A stretch of 64,000 bases of DNA from Convolutriloba macropyga (Eukaryota), in contig NC_134478.1 in assembly GCF_964194025.1 (NCBI RefSeq), positions 29,202,001-29,266,000 on the forward strand, read 5' to 3'. How positions within the stretch are numbered: the stretch's first letter is position 1; the number at the start of each line of letters is the position of its first letter. The position numbers and the translations under genes are program-made. Of the stretch, positions 1 to 12,586 are shown piece after piece. The notes beneath the pieces were generated by a model that was not told the DNA's origin, did not search any database, and saw nothing but the letters and a program-made list of their open reading frames with translations.

Positions 1-753
1 TCGTATGAGATTGGGTGATATTCATTTTTATCGATATTTCTTTCGAAGTAGTTATTGTGTATGTTATCTAATACTGGGTAATGTTTTTTTTCTGTATTTT
101 CGTCATTGGTATTGTTACATATGCTGTATTTGCATTCGAGGTTGTTTGTAAATGGTGTTTTTGCGAGAAAAATTTTTATGTTTTCTGGTATTTCTACTGT
201 TATATCTCGTGTTTTTGTGAAATGTTCTTCGTCTATTGTTCTGCTTAGAAGGTCAGGGAGGGCTAGGTTTTTTCCTTCTGTCCAAATTATGTGTAAATTC
301 GGGAATTTCATCAATAATAATTGGAATCTATAAACTCTATGATTTGGTTTGTTCTTTTGAGTAAAAAGATAAATTATTGGTTTATGATCTGTGAATAATA
401 CTATTGGGTGGTTTGAACCTGTTAGTAAAAATTCATACTCTGTTAGAGCGAATATTATCGCTGAGCATTCTCTGATTAATGTCGATAGTCGCATTTCGAT
501 AGGTGTGAATAGTCTGGAATTTGCGGATACTAAATTCCTCTTTCTTTCAGTTGGATGTTGTTGTAATAATGCTGCTCCGATGCCTATGCCTGATGCATCT
601 GTGATAATATAGAATGGTTTTGTAGTATCTGGCATTGTTAGTTCCAATTTGTGTCTTATTGTTCTTTTCATTTGTTCAAAAATTTGGTGATGTTCTTTTG
701 TCCATTTGAACTCATTCTCTTTGTGTAGAAGATTATATAATGGTTGTAATGGT
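1..753 (-). pseudogene. pol: Gypsy pol RNase H domain and downstream linker, open to the window edge
   Basis: Manual translation: KPFYIITDASGIGIGAALLQ...SANSRLFTPIEMRLSTLIRECSAIIFAL...LFTDHKPIIYLF...IIWTEGKNLALPDLLSR, with no stop down to position 1. It is separated from RT by the inverted triplication. Confidence 0.93.
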
Positions 754-1069
754 AACCACCATTACAACCATTATATAATCTTCTACACAAAGAGAATGAG
801 TTCAAATGGACAAAAGAACATCACCAAATTTTTGAACAAATGAAAAGAACAATAAGACACAAATTGGAACTAACAATGCCAGATACTACAAAACCATTCT
901 ATATTATCACAGATCTGTGATAATATAGAATGGTTTTGTAGTATCTGGCATTGTTAGTTCCAATTTGTGTCTTATTGTTCTTTTCATTTGTTCAAAAATT
1001 TGGTGATGTACTTTTGTCCATTTGAACTCATTCTCTTTGTGTAGAAGATTATATAATGGTTGTAATGGT
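597..1069. repeat. Inverted triplication of a 157-bp pol segment: direct 597-753, inverted 754-914, direct 913-1069
   Basis: The copies can be read directly. Junctions are AATGGT|AACCACCATT and TCACAGAT|CTGTGA. There is one substitution (T694 vs A1010). Confidence 0.97.
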
Positions 1070-1970
1070 GGTTGCATACCATAAACGTATTTCGCAAGGA
1101 AATTTATTGTTCCGAGGTATCTTTGTAATGCTTTCACGCTTGTTGGTGGTTCCAGTTTTTGGAAACCGTCAATTCTTGACGTTAGTGGTTTTACTTTTTT
1201 GTCTTGAATGATGTGTCCGAGAAATTTGACTTTTTTCAACATGAAGTATGTTTTATCAGGTGCTGCTTTAAGATTTTCTTTCAATAATATCTTATGATAT
1301 TCTATTAATATTTCATACATTTGTGGGTATGAATTGGATTGAATGAAAATGTCGTCGACATATGTAATTACCGTCCCTTTCCTTATTAAGGGATAAAGAA
1401 AGTGTGTTAATATAGATGCAAACGCTGCTGGTCCAAAGGAGATTCCGTAAAATAGGCGTTTGAAACAATATTTTTCTTTTCCAATTGTAAAATGAGTGTA
1501 TCTCATTGATTGTTCGTCTAAAGGTATTTGGTTATATGCACTATTGAGATCAGCTGTCGTGAATATTGTTCCGTTTATCCGTGTTAAGGCCACATCCTCT
1601 GGTTCAATCGGCCAGTTGCACTTAGATTCGTCAATCGTGCTATTCAAGTATCGTGCGTCTAATACTCTTTTTAATGATTCTCTTTTTCGTAAAATAATTA
1701 TTGGATTTGTGATTGTGTTCCCTGTAGATAATTGTTCTTTGTTAATAGGTGCAATTATGTCGTATTTCTTCAATACATCTAGTAATTTTTGGATTCTTTC
1801 TCGTAAGTGAATTGGTACTTTGCTTATTCTTTGTTTTTTGAAAATTGCATCTTTTTTCAGTCTAGATTCAGTTTCACTTTTGTTTTTCCAACGTCGAATT
1901 TTGTTGTTGCGTACACTTGTTTGTACTCTAATTTGATTGTTACTATTTTTTCGAATTCTTCCTGTGTTAA
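907..1970 (-). pseudogene. pol: Gypsy reverse transcriptase and connection domain
   Basis: ORF 907-1773 has VLDARYLN, ADLNSAYNQI, RLFYG..GPAAF, YVDDIFI, VKFLGH and LQRYLGTINF. The RT N-terminus (YATTKFDVG, KVPIHLRERIQKLL) continues upstream with frameshifts. Confidence 0.95.
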
Positions 1971-2442
1971 ATGTGAATGTTGAAAATCAAACATTTGAAT
2001 GAATTCTTTTTCTGATGTTGTGTATTGTTAATATCAAATTTGCATTTAAAATTAGGTTTTCTTTCAAATGTTGCTACTTGTTCAATTGTTTCGTTTTCTT
2101 GTATGTTTAGTATTTCGTTATTGTCGTTTTCATTTTCATATGTTAGATGATATAATGCTGAAAAAAAGTCTATCGAATTCGTGTGGTACAGTTCTTGTTT
2201 ATGTTGTTTGAATGTAATGTTTTGATACATAAAACCAATTAGACCTATGTTAATTGTCACTTTATGTTGGTTTTTATTTATTAGGAATATGTCTATGAAG
2301 TGTTCTTTTTCTATCGATAAATCTTTTATGTCTGTAAATGATAAATTTTGGTATTTGTTTATCGGTTCAAAACAGTGCATTGATTTGTATATTGTTTTTC
2401 CAATTGATTTTTCCATCTGTTTAAATATTGGTATAGGAAAAG

Positions 2443-2990
2443 TTATGCATTTGTGTTGGTCGCGTTCCAAGTATAACGGTTCTTTGTAAAAATTGGGTAT
2501 AATCGAGAGTAATAAGGATATCCCTTTGTACTGTTCATGAAGAAGATAATGTCGTTATCCAAAATTGTCTTCGTATTTATTGTTAGTTTGTTCGTATTTA
2601 CATTTATGGTTTCTATGTATTCTTTGAAGAATGGCGTTCCATGTCTATTATGATTGCATTGTGTTACGTAAAAATGTATACTAAAGTTATGTTGGGGTTT
2701 ATTTCTGCTGTTGGATGTTTTGTGATGTCTTAGATTTAGTGTTACTGTTCCGAATGTTTCTATAGTTGTATTATTTGCTGCTGTTGGTGTTTTGTTAGCT
2801 TGTTCAAGGCGTATATCTGGGTTGTTACATTTTATTTCGTTCCAAGTATCTTCGTTCAAGAGATTTAATGTTGCTCCAGAGTCTAATAGAAAATCAATCT
2901 CTAGTATTGGTCTTTGCTTTGTAAAGTCTTGTTCAATTTTGTTACACTGGTACATCGGTAGTATCCAGGTTGGGTTACTTTCTAGTGTAT
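2443..2990 (-). pseudogene. Gypsy aspartic protease
   Basis: FLLDSGATLNLL active-site motif, TAANN flap, and a degenerate ILG-type motif (CNHNRHGTPFF). Confidence 0.88.
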
Positions 2991-3570
2991 TTACTACTGT
3001 GTTGCACGTGTTTTCGTTAGCATTATAGAATTTATCTAATATTTCTTGGTCTTCATTTGATGATTCTGATGTGTATTCGTAATCATCAATTCCAGGCGGG
3101 TCATCGTTTTGTCTCTCTGTTTCTTTGTTATTTATTCTGTTTTTATTGTTATTGTTGTATTTATTTGCGTCTGTTCTTCGTTCTTTTGAATGATATCTAA
3201 CTTTTTGTTCTCTTTGCGTTGAGTGTCTTCTGTCATCCTTATTATTATTATTAGAATAATGTCTATTGTTACCATTTGATCGTTGTCTGTATCTATCACT
3301 TTTGTTTGAGTCTTTACTATAATGTCTTTGTCTATTGTTATTATTGTAATTATTATTATTATTTCTGTTGTATGGTGAATGTTGTCTTGAGTAACTGCGG
3401 TTTGTGTATCTTGAACTTGATCTGCTATTGTTGTATTTTTTATGATTACTGTTTCTGTTGTAACTGTTAGTTCTACTTATATTATAATTGTTTCTATTAC
3501 AACTTCCACTTCTATTGTTATAATTATTATTTGAATTACGGTGTCCTTGATAGTTCCGATTGTCTCTGCT

Positions 3571-4652
3571 TTATGAGGTATTGTCAGAATTGTTTCTTGA
3601 TTGTGATCTGTATGGTGTTCTGCTTCGGGAATTGTGGTATACTGGTGATGTTGAGTGTAATTGTCGTCCGTTGATGTTATTCGAATCAATTCTTCTGTTT
3701 GGTAGATATTGATTATTTCTCATGAGGCTATAAAATGATCTTTCTTTTGGTCGTGCTATGCTTTCTCTTCGTGGTCTTTTAAAGCATCTTCCATTTGTGT
3801 GACCGTGTGAGCTGCAATAGCTACAAAAGAGTGCAAACTTTGGTCTTCCTTTGAAGTTTTTTCTATCATATGTGTTATTAATCCCGTTTAGGACGTTACA
3901 GATTGTTCCTTCAAATTGTTCTAAATCATTTTGTTTAAGTTCGTTTATGTTGTTACAAGCTACGTTCATTTGTTTGAGATCTTCACTAATGTTAGTTGTA
4001 GTTTGGTTAACTTCGTATAGTTTTTTGTGATTATTTGTTATTGTTCTGTTAAATCCATTTGATCTATTTTGTCAACTAGCGTTTTAAATGCCATTTCTGG
4101 TTCTCTTGGTGTTTGTTTATGATTAGCATGTTTTTTCAATGCTGCTGTTTTTAATTCGTTATCCAAGCATCTAATGAATGTTTGATTCGTTACGCTATTT
4201 CTATAATTTTCTGTATATAATGAGTATGCTGTTTTTACAAGTGTTTCTATTCTCAGTGCGAGTGATCGTAATGATTCATTTGTGTGTTTCTGTAGTTGTT
4301 GTAACACTATTTTTGCTTGTTGTTTTGATTTTTCCGAGTCGAACATGTCTGAGAATTCCTTAGAAAATGTTTCCCAATCCAATTTAGTTTCACTTGGAAG
4401 AGTGGAATACCACTTTTGAGCTGGTCCTTGTAGTGTATGTAATATTAAAGCTGCTCTTTTTGCTTTCCATTGATGATGTCCTGGTTTATTTACTGGTTCT
4501 ATGCCGCTACTAAATATCATTGCTGCAAGTATACTGTTTAAATATTCTTCAACAGTATATGCTGGGTCTATACCGTCAAATGGTCGTTTTGTTGTTGGTA
4601 CTGAACCACTACTAATGTTTTGTTCTATTTGTGGCTCTTCGTGTATACTCAT
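3571..4652 (-). pseudogene. gag: Gypsy gag: capsid plus CCHC zinc knuckle
   Basis: PFDG..TVEEYL and LQGPAQKWYSTLP..DWETFSKEF match a retrotransposon capsid pattern. CSYCSSHGHTNGRC is CX2CX4HX4C. An R/N-rich low-complexity tail follows. Frameshift near 4040. Confidence 0.88.
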
Positions 4653-4820
4653 TGATGTTAATTGTTTATAAAATGGTAAAGGAGGTTCTGTTACTGTCGT
4701 TTCTCTTTCGCCTGTTGTTATTGAATTTGATCTTCTAGTACGATTTTCTTGTTGTCTATTGTTTTGAGTATTAGTACTTTGTATGTTATTAGTATTTGTG
4801 TTTCTCTCATTGTTTAAGTT

Positions 4821-6167
4821 TCAGTTTTCTGATCTTAGATTGTTTTGTCCATTAATGTTATCTAATGTTCTTTCAAGTTTGTCGAATACCATTTCGATTG
4901 ATTCTTCGTGTTTTCTTTCTAGGTTCTCGTTAATTTGTCTAAATTTGTATTCTATATTATCAATAAGTTTATTCGTATGATTCGTTACTTTTTCTGTTAT
5001 TTCCTCTTTGAGATCTTGATAATTGTACATTTGCTGTTCCCAGAATAGTTCATGTTGTTCACGATTATCGACCAATGAACTAATATATGTGTTATTTTTG
5101 TTATAATTATATTGTGTTGGGTTCTGATATTTTCGTCTAACACTTTGATTTACAGATGGTGGTAGCAAGTTTCCGATTCTTGCATCTCTGTCTTCTGAAT
5201 CCGATATATCAATTTTGTCTGCTATATTCTGTTGATTTCCAAATAAATCTGATGTTAACTGTTTATTTGGTTTTATTGTTGATTTTCAATTTGATTGTAA
5301 ATCTGTATTTATTTGGACGTCTTTTGGTGTTGATGTTGATGTTAGACTTCTTGATAAGTTAAATGATGAAGAACCTGCTTGTCCTTGGTCTTCATTTTTT
5401 ACATGGTTGTCTAACCCTTCTATGTAGTTGAAGCTATCTGAACTTATTTTTAGTGTGCTCTCAAAGTGTTGTGAATAGTATTCACTGTCCCAAATAATTT
5501 TAAGTTCGTCACTTAAGTTTTCGATTTGTTCGTGAAATGTTTCTCCAAACTTTATTCGTTTGTCATTAATGTGTTCAACATTATCTAACCAGAATAAGAA
5601 TGTGAACTCTGAGATAAATTTTTTTATATCTGTTGTTGCTGTTTTTAGTTCTTGTTTTAGTTCCATGATTTTTGTTAACCAATTGTTATAATTCATTATA
5701 TCGTTTCTTAGTTTGTCGTTTACTGATTGTATTGTTTTCTTTTGATCGTTTAAATACACGGTTGTATTTCGTAGTATTTCGTACGTTGCAGATGATATTG
5801 CTGTTATTTTTGTACTGTCTTGTGAATCTTCGTGTCAATTTAAGAATGTTTTAAACATATTAGGTAGTGTTGTTTCATTTTGGAAATTATAGAATGTTTT
5901 TCTATTTCCTTTCTCATCTGTTAAGATAAATGTATAATGTTTATTAAGTTGATCTCTATCCAGTAGTATTACTGGTAGATAATGTGCCAAGTGATTCCTA
6001 TGGATGTTAATTTGTTGTATATATTTTGTTTCTTTGAAGAGGTTATTCTTCAAATTTATTATTATTCTGTAAATTATTTCTCGATTTTCTTGCGGGCAAT
6101 CGCCAGCAATTGTAAATGGTGTTAAGAAATGGTTTGTTATCGACTGTGATTGATAATTTGTATCCAC
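4821..6167 (-). pseudogene. Long N-terminal extension of gag, or a separate 5' ORF of the Gypsy element; coiled-coil-like
   Basis: Three consecutive minus-strand ORFs (5835-6167, 5286-5759, 4821-5168) share the A-rich strand bias of gag/pol and contain heptad-like E/K/L segments. Confidence 0.6.
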
Positions 6168-6254
6168 ACTTTGTTTTTATTATTTGTCATATAATATTGT
6201 TAGTTTAATTTCGTTATGGTGATTTAAAATTTGTTATTTTCTTTGGTTTAGTTC

Positions 6255-6695
6255 GGAACTGGTTGCACCAGATAAGACGTGTTCTGAGCTTACCTTTTTA
6301 TAGGCTACTTCTGGAACTGTCTTATGGTTGTCTCAAGAATATAGGATACTCTTAAGGCTTACCTGACTAACTAAAGTTCTAGATCTCTAGTCTGTTACTC
6401 TTCTATCTGAGCTTCAGTAGACAGTGCACGGGCCCCAATGCTAAAGTCTAACGTATATCTCAATACTAAACAAGAGCGGAGTAGAGAGAGAGAGAGAGAG
6501 AGAAATATACTTTTTTATTATATCAGGTCTGAGACTTGTACCGACTAACGGGGTTGACTAAACGGTTCTGAAGGGAAGACAGATAAACATTTAAGGAAAG
6601 GTATTTTCCCTTTTTCAACCAATCAGGGTTGAGTATTTCAGTCTTCATTTTATTTAAATAAATAAAGTCTTCAAGTTTTTTGTTGGAAGTCAACA
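6255..6695 (-). repeat. Candidate 5' LTR and PBS of the Gypsy element
   Basis: On the minus strand the region starts TGTTG at 6695, has AATAAA (~6518) followed by (CT)n (6483-6502), and a TGG-initiated PBS-like TGGTGCAACC at 6270-6261. The second LTR is outside the window, so the limits are unverified. Confidence 0.4.
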
Positions 6696-6799
6696 TGACT
6701 CCATTATTTGCTTCTGCTTAATTTACTGCTTAAATCAGTTTTTTTTTTGTTTTTACAACTATTTTTTGCAAAAATCAACTAAACACTCAAAACTAAACT

Positions 6800-8700
6800 C
6801 TATGTACACTTTCAATTTCTGCATGTAGATAACCATTAAATACATTAGCTTTGGAAGGAACAATTTGGTGTTTGTTATATGTCAAAACTTACTCACGGTT
6901 ACTTGGAAAAAATCATTCGGAATACTTTTTTACTTCTATTTGTTTGAAAAATTTTTCTATTCTTCGAGTATTAAAATTTTTATCTTGCTGGTTTCAGTTT
7001 GATTTGGCACAACCAACGTCCTTGAACACTGTTTTGCCTTTTGTCACTTTTAACTGAAACCCAAGGTTTTGTTTTTTCGCGAACCATCAGTCACTAATTT
7101 TTTTAAATTGAACCGTTTATCTTTTTGATTCGGAGCAATTGTGTGCTAAAATTTTTCATGTTCTATCAACTTGATTGCGTTGGAAGTTTGTATATCACGT
7201 GGGTAGATTTAACCAACCATTATAGAGTTGTTCGAGACCTATCATGGTGGTATAGGTATTTTCTTTGGATGATTGTTTTCTCAAACATTTGATTCCCTCG
7301 TATTCTGAGTTTTTTAGTCATCTCAACACGTGACAGAACAACAATTTCAAACATTTGATCTCTCAATTGAAAGCTTCATGACAATTTCCCTTTATTTTTG
7401 ACAGGCAACTGTACTTTTGGAAGATTTGGCTCTATTGGATTTGTTTACACCATAGAATTAAATTTCACGTTACTAATTGGTCGTCGTGTTGTGTTTTGCC
7501 CTTATGTTACTGTTGATTTTGTTCAGCTTCTCTGTGACTGCTATTTTGGTTGTCCTGAAAACCTTCTGTCACGTTACTCTACTTGTGAACATACTAAACT
7601 GGATCTTCTTTATACTTAAGCTCATCTTTTATTTTCATTGAGTTTAAGAGTTCTCCAATTATTTTATTTGGTTAGCAAGTCCTTAGGGTTTACTTTTTAT
7701 CAAAATATTTTCACTTACTCAATTTCTTTATTAAAATTTAGTTTTTTGATTTCTCGAGTTTTGATTTCTCTGATTTTCATGTTTTGCTGCAAACAGGCTG
7801 AACTGGTATTTGGATATACTGCGAATAATTAATTCTAAAGAATTCATATCGAATTTTGATTTCTTTTTTGCATCACAATGCCTTAAATAGGCTACGAAAT
7901 TGCACACATAAGGGTGGTAGCCTCTCAGTTCTGTATCAAAAAATTTTTCAACGGCAGATTTTGTATCTTTGTTTTTGACAACCAGTTTTCGAGCGTAGCA
8001 GGTCGTGGTTTTTTATTTTCGTATTTTTGAGTCTACCAAAAGTGAATCTGCTGCCTCTTCCACTGTTCTACTAAAAGGTAGGCAATACCATTTTGCTCGG
8101 ATGTTTCCGAAGCAAAATTTATGGATGGTTTTGTTTTTGTACCCGACCAAACTGTTATCAGTTCAAAAAAAAACTTTGATCTGTTATAATAGGCAAAATA
8201 ATCAATGAAAGCTTGCGAAGCTTTGTTTTTGCGATTCATTAAATGTTAACACTGATAACCCGCTTGAATAATCTGTGAAAGTGATTGCATATCTTTTACT
8301 GAATAGACTCACTTTACTGCTTATACTGTATAGACTCACTTGTGCCACAATGTCCTAAACATTCTTTTTATTTAGTAAAGCTTTAATTTAAGCTAACTTG
8401 GTAAAAGTTTTTGAAAAAAAAAATTGCATATTGTCTAAGCTTCATAGCATTTGAAATTTTCAAGCGTTTGTTCTGAAGTGTTTTTGTAATATCTCTATAT
8501 TTCAATTGTCTTAACCTTATGTGCCAACTATATGCTTAACTCAAACTCCCGGTCCAGGTTTAAGAATGGAGATTTTTTTTCGTTTAAGTAGGAATAAGAG
8601 AGTTGCTTTGATTTTGATTATAAACCTTTGTGCAAAGTCTTTAATTTTTGGTGTTGTCGCTCACCAGCACTAGCTATGTGGCCTTTTGATTTGCAAATGC
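6800..8700 (-). pseudogene. Possible highly decayed L1/Tx1-like LINE ORF2 remnant
   Basis: Scattered degenerate motifs occur in the expected order: LKPGPGV* (~8550, cf. GPGYWKLN), KGNCHEAFN (~7380), IAPNQ (~7135), NLGF (~7060). Heavily interrupted. Confidence 0.25.
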
Positions 8701-10439
8701 TACACATATCATTGCATTTTCATATAACAGTTTATCGTATACTGGTTCGATGATAAAAAATTTTTTTATTGAAATGGCGATTTTCTTGTCCTCGTACACG
8801 TCATATCTTTATTTGCACCTCTCATCAAAATTTATGCGAAATGTTTTCAGTTCCGAAATATTTTCCACGAGATTGCTGCCTTCGTGCAGCCAGATTGATC
8901 TATCACTTTTACCCGATAAAAAAAATGGCTCATGTCCTGCATGAAGCTGCCAATTGACTGCATGTTGCGCTCTGATAAAGTACTAATGGGTTGCAATCGC
9001 CTCCCGTGTTTATAATTTTGCTAACTGGCCCATCAGGCATATAACCGTGGTTTTTCTCTTACCTCTGAATCGCTGCTGCAAAATTTGTCTGGCTTTTAAG
9101 TGAGTCACCCATAGTTTTGTTTTTCACATAAATTTGCCAATGGGCATAAAGTTGCTTGCTTCCAGTGACCTTGCTAAGGAGCACCTAATCTTTTCTCAAT
9201 TTCATGAACAAATGCAGCAGTAACGATCGTCGCCGGCGCATCTTGTCACTCAATTTCTTTGTTGGCATCATCAGATAGTTATGGTAGTGGCCGGTCAGGT
9301 AGGTCAGTATCACTTGTGAGGGTTTCGACGAGGCCTCAATTTGTTCAAAGGCAAAGAAACTTTGGTGGGGCAGGAAAATTTGTGGCTCATTAGCAACTGA
9401 AGCCATTTGAGTTCAGAAGAAATTAGAGAGACAGAGTGTAACAATCTCAGATAAAAATCAATTAAATTTAAGAGATTCAGGAAAGGCAAAATTAAGGTAA
9501 AAATTGGACTTATTTTCACTTCAAAAAGTAATTAAAAACTCAGGCATTACATTTGGGAACCGGTGAAGACATCAAAAGTCGGTGGGTCTGGAGGCGTATC
9601 AAATGGTGCCAATTCCCCTTTACATGCAAAGTTTTACTTCACTTGAAATAGTTCACAAAGTTCCAATGGTCATTCAATTTTAAGTATTAGTTACATCTAA
9701 AGATAGACAAACAAGCAGAAGTTAATTCAGTTTCAATTTCTAATGTATAGGTCGCATTTTTTGCCGTAAACTGACAAGAATGTTTTCGTTTTTGCTCTGA
9801 ATTTTGTCATTATGTAGCTCAACCTGATTAGTGATCTCAAAAGGGTCAACTATTTTATTAACTCAAAATTTATTTTTTATTATGGTTTTGTATTTTGACT
9901 GATAGCTTCGACCATTTAATTTCATAATTTTTGGAGTGTTCGATACTGTTCAATTTTTGGGTTGCCCTTTGTTGCCATTGCTACGTTGTCCTTTTATAAA
10001 GAAAACCCGTCAATGCTGAGATGCAACGAAAATAGTAATTTATAGTTCTTATGGCTGTATTTGTTCTTAGTTTGTAGTCTTGGGTCTTAGTCTCTTTAAT
10101 AACAAGTGCAATTGGCTTCCAGAGGGGTTGCAAGTTCATTTATCTCTTTGAGTTGAAATATTATGTCTGTTATTGTTTTTTGAAAATATTTAATTTAACA
10201 AACATTTTTGAATTTTTGAGCTAAAGCTTAGTCTCTAAAGACAGGCCAAAACTTGTTTCTAGTTTGCTATAACTTAACTTTTCCAACAATTTTCTTCAAC
10301 CTTTTATTTCTCGGCCTTGTTACTACAAAATTTTATAAATTATTTGTAATTTTCAGATATTTTTTATTCTCCATTGTACCTTATATATTTGTACGTTTTC
10401 TTCTCTTTTAAAATTATAACTATAATTTAGATCACTTTG

Positions 10440-10894
10440 CTTTGTAAAAAATGAGCAAATGGTTAATGTTTAATGTTCTTAATGACCAGTTTATGGTTTT
10501 AACCGCTTCACTGACAGTTTCGCGCAAGTTTAATTGAACCTTTCAATTTTGTTGTTATTTGTCCATTTATTGCTAGTCTTATGACGCACACTGGATAATG
10601 ACAGGTCTCAATTGCTTCCTAAGCAGGTGAAAATGAACATTTTAGTGATTTCTGTAATTATCTAATGTTTTTAAGCAGTTTGAAATTAAATGTTTTCAAA
10701 ATGAAAAAGAGTTTTTTTTAACTTTGCCCCTTTTGCTATTTTTGTCGACCTGTTACCTAGTCTCATTGAGTAGATCCATTTGATAGACAATGAGACCCAT
10801 TGAGTAGTCTCATTTGGTAGCCATTTCAATGAAGAAGGTGGACGAGCGTGGTCGGAACATTATGTGCGAACGCACATTACCGAGCCTCCTTGTT
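10440..10894 (+). mobile_element. 3' end of a HINE/DINE-like (Helentron-associated) element; 5' limit not defined
   Basis: GGTCGGAAC, then the hairpin ATGTGCG-AA-CGCACAT, then TACCGAGCCTCCTTGTT at 10850-10894. Upstream sequence resembles the interior of the 12587-15219 copy. Confidence 0.6.
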
Positions 10895-12586
10895 GTTTGT
10901 TTAGCCTAATAAGGAGTGGTGGTTTTCAGCCCCGCAATTACCATTGCAATTCTAAAGAGGTATTTATTACATGTGGTCATATTCAAGGGGGATGCAGTTC
11001 GGGGGAGAAAAAATGTCGAGTTTTCTAACCTGCTATTTTTTTCGTATTTCTCCACCAAGATTATTCAATAAGAATTTTTCAAGAAATTGAAACAAAAGTG
11101 TAAAATAATAAAAACAACGCTGCAGGTAATAACGCTCCAGAATACTACTGGTTTAGTTGAGCGTAAAAAAGCGTTGCATTGATTTAAGTGAGCTTTTAAC
11201 AGGTCAATAAATTGGGAAATACGCATATCATATTACCTGTAACTATTTGAAACAATTTCTCAGTCAAATTCAGCTTCGATAACCAAATATAGATCGCCCT
11301 CAGCTATTTAGGTTAGACGATCTTATCAGTTGCGGTAAACTCTTCATCGGGAACACACTATGATGGCAGTAAACACGATTTAAAATATTTTACAAAAACA
11401 AATCAGCCAAAATTGTTCAGTAGAAATTTAAATGCTATGTTGATAACGAACAAAATCCCGGACGCCAAGAAATTCAATTTTTCCACAAATTTCAGCTATT
11501 CAACTAATATTTAACACAATATATAAAATGTTTTTCATCATTTTATATAATCAAAAATTTAATGAAAACCGTTCAATTTAATAGCTCGTCATTATAGCAA
11601 AACTTTCACCTTAATAACCAATTATACGCTCTTAAATTTCAGCATTTCCCCAAATTGTGGTTAAGTTTTATAGCAAATAAGTTGGAAATTTTGGAGAAGT
11701 AATACGCATAAAAAGATCAGGACCCAACTACCTTTATAGCCCGGATCAAAAGATTCAAAAGGGAGCAAAAATCGGTTTCAGAGGGAGCACTTCAAAAGGA
11801 AAAAATCAGACATTTCAGGAAAAAAAAATGGGTAAATGAAGAATGGTCAAATAGACGAAGCAGTAATCAAAAGAGATAAAATTTATTTAGCATGATAAAT
11901 AAACAAATCAATGTATTACGTGGGAATTTTATTGTTTCGAATGGTTTACTCTCGGTCAGGATTCACTTTGATCGCAACTAATCCTTATTCAAAGAACAAT
12001 CGCATTCACTGTAAATCTAGAAACTATGTTTGGTGAGAGAAAAGATGCGAGCGGAATGATCAGAGTGGAGAAAATCATATTCAAACTGTATCCAAAGAGC
12101 ATGAAACATGGAACTATTTTGGCGGCTGTCAAATGTTGGCTCCTCTAAAATCAACATCCTGCTAAATTTGAATCTGTTTTGTCCGTATAGGGAAAATATC
12201 CTGTACTATTTAACATTGCCACGAGAAGCAGCCCCTCTAAAAGGTTAAATATTATGACGAGACAGAAGCGATTGTTATAACAAAGAAATTATCTCGACTT
12301 TAACTAGGAAGCTCGACCGTGTAATTATAGTCAATATTGCCCCCCCCCTACTAGACTTTTGAAGTCTTTTCATAAGTCGAGGTCTAGGCCTGGGTAGGGC
12401 GTTCAATATGATATCCGCATTCATGACTACCGATAAACTGCCAATTTATCTCAGATTTCCATTTGTTTTTGACAAAAATCAATTCAAAATTTTCTGGAAA
12501 ATTTAATTGTAAAAAGTACAAAAAAATGATCCAAAGTCAGTGGTAAATGGATTGGCAGTTTCCATCTATTTTAAACTACAAATGAA

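Larger units (their letters stand above)
1..6695 (-). mobile_element. Ty3/Gypsy LTR retrotransposon, decayed; 5' part (LTR, extended gag, PR, RT, RNase H), continuing beyond the left edge of the window
   Basis: The minus strand carries, in Gypsy order, a gag capsid, CCHC knuckle, DSG protease, YVDD RT and TDAS RNase H. Several frameshifts and stops split the ORFs. Confidence 0.95.

Noticed and set aside
106-5854. Plus-strand ORFs over the Gypsy element (e.g. 106-333, 1496-1810, 2247-2489, 3276-3470)
   Set aside because: They are antisense shadows of the A-rich gag/pol frames, and their F/L/C/Y richness reflects T bias.
6251-6270. GTTCGGAACTGGTTGCACCA as a tRNA gene 3' end
   Set aside because: The T-loop-to-CCA spacing is too short and there is no cloverleaf upstream. 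Kept only as a possible PBS.
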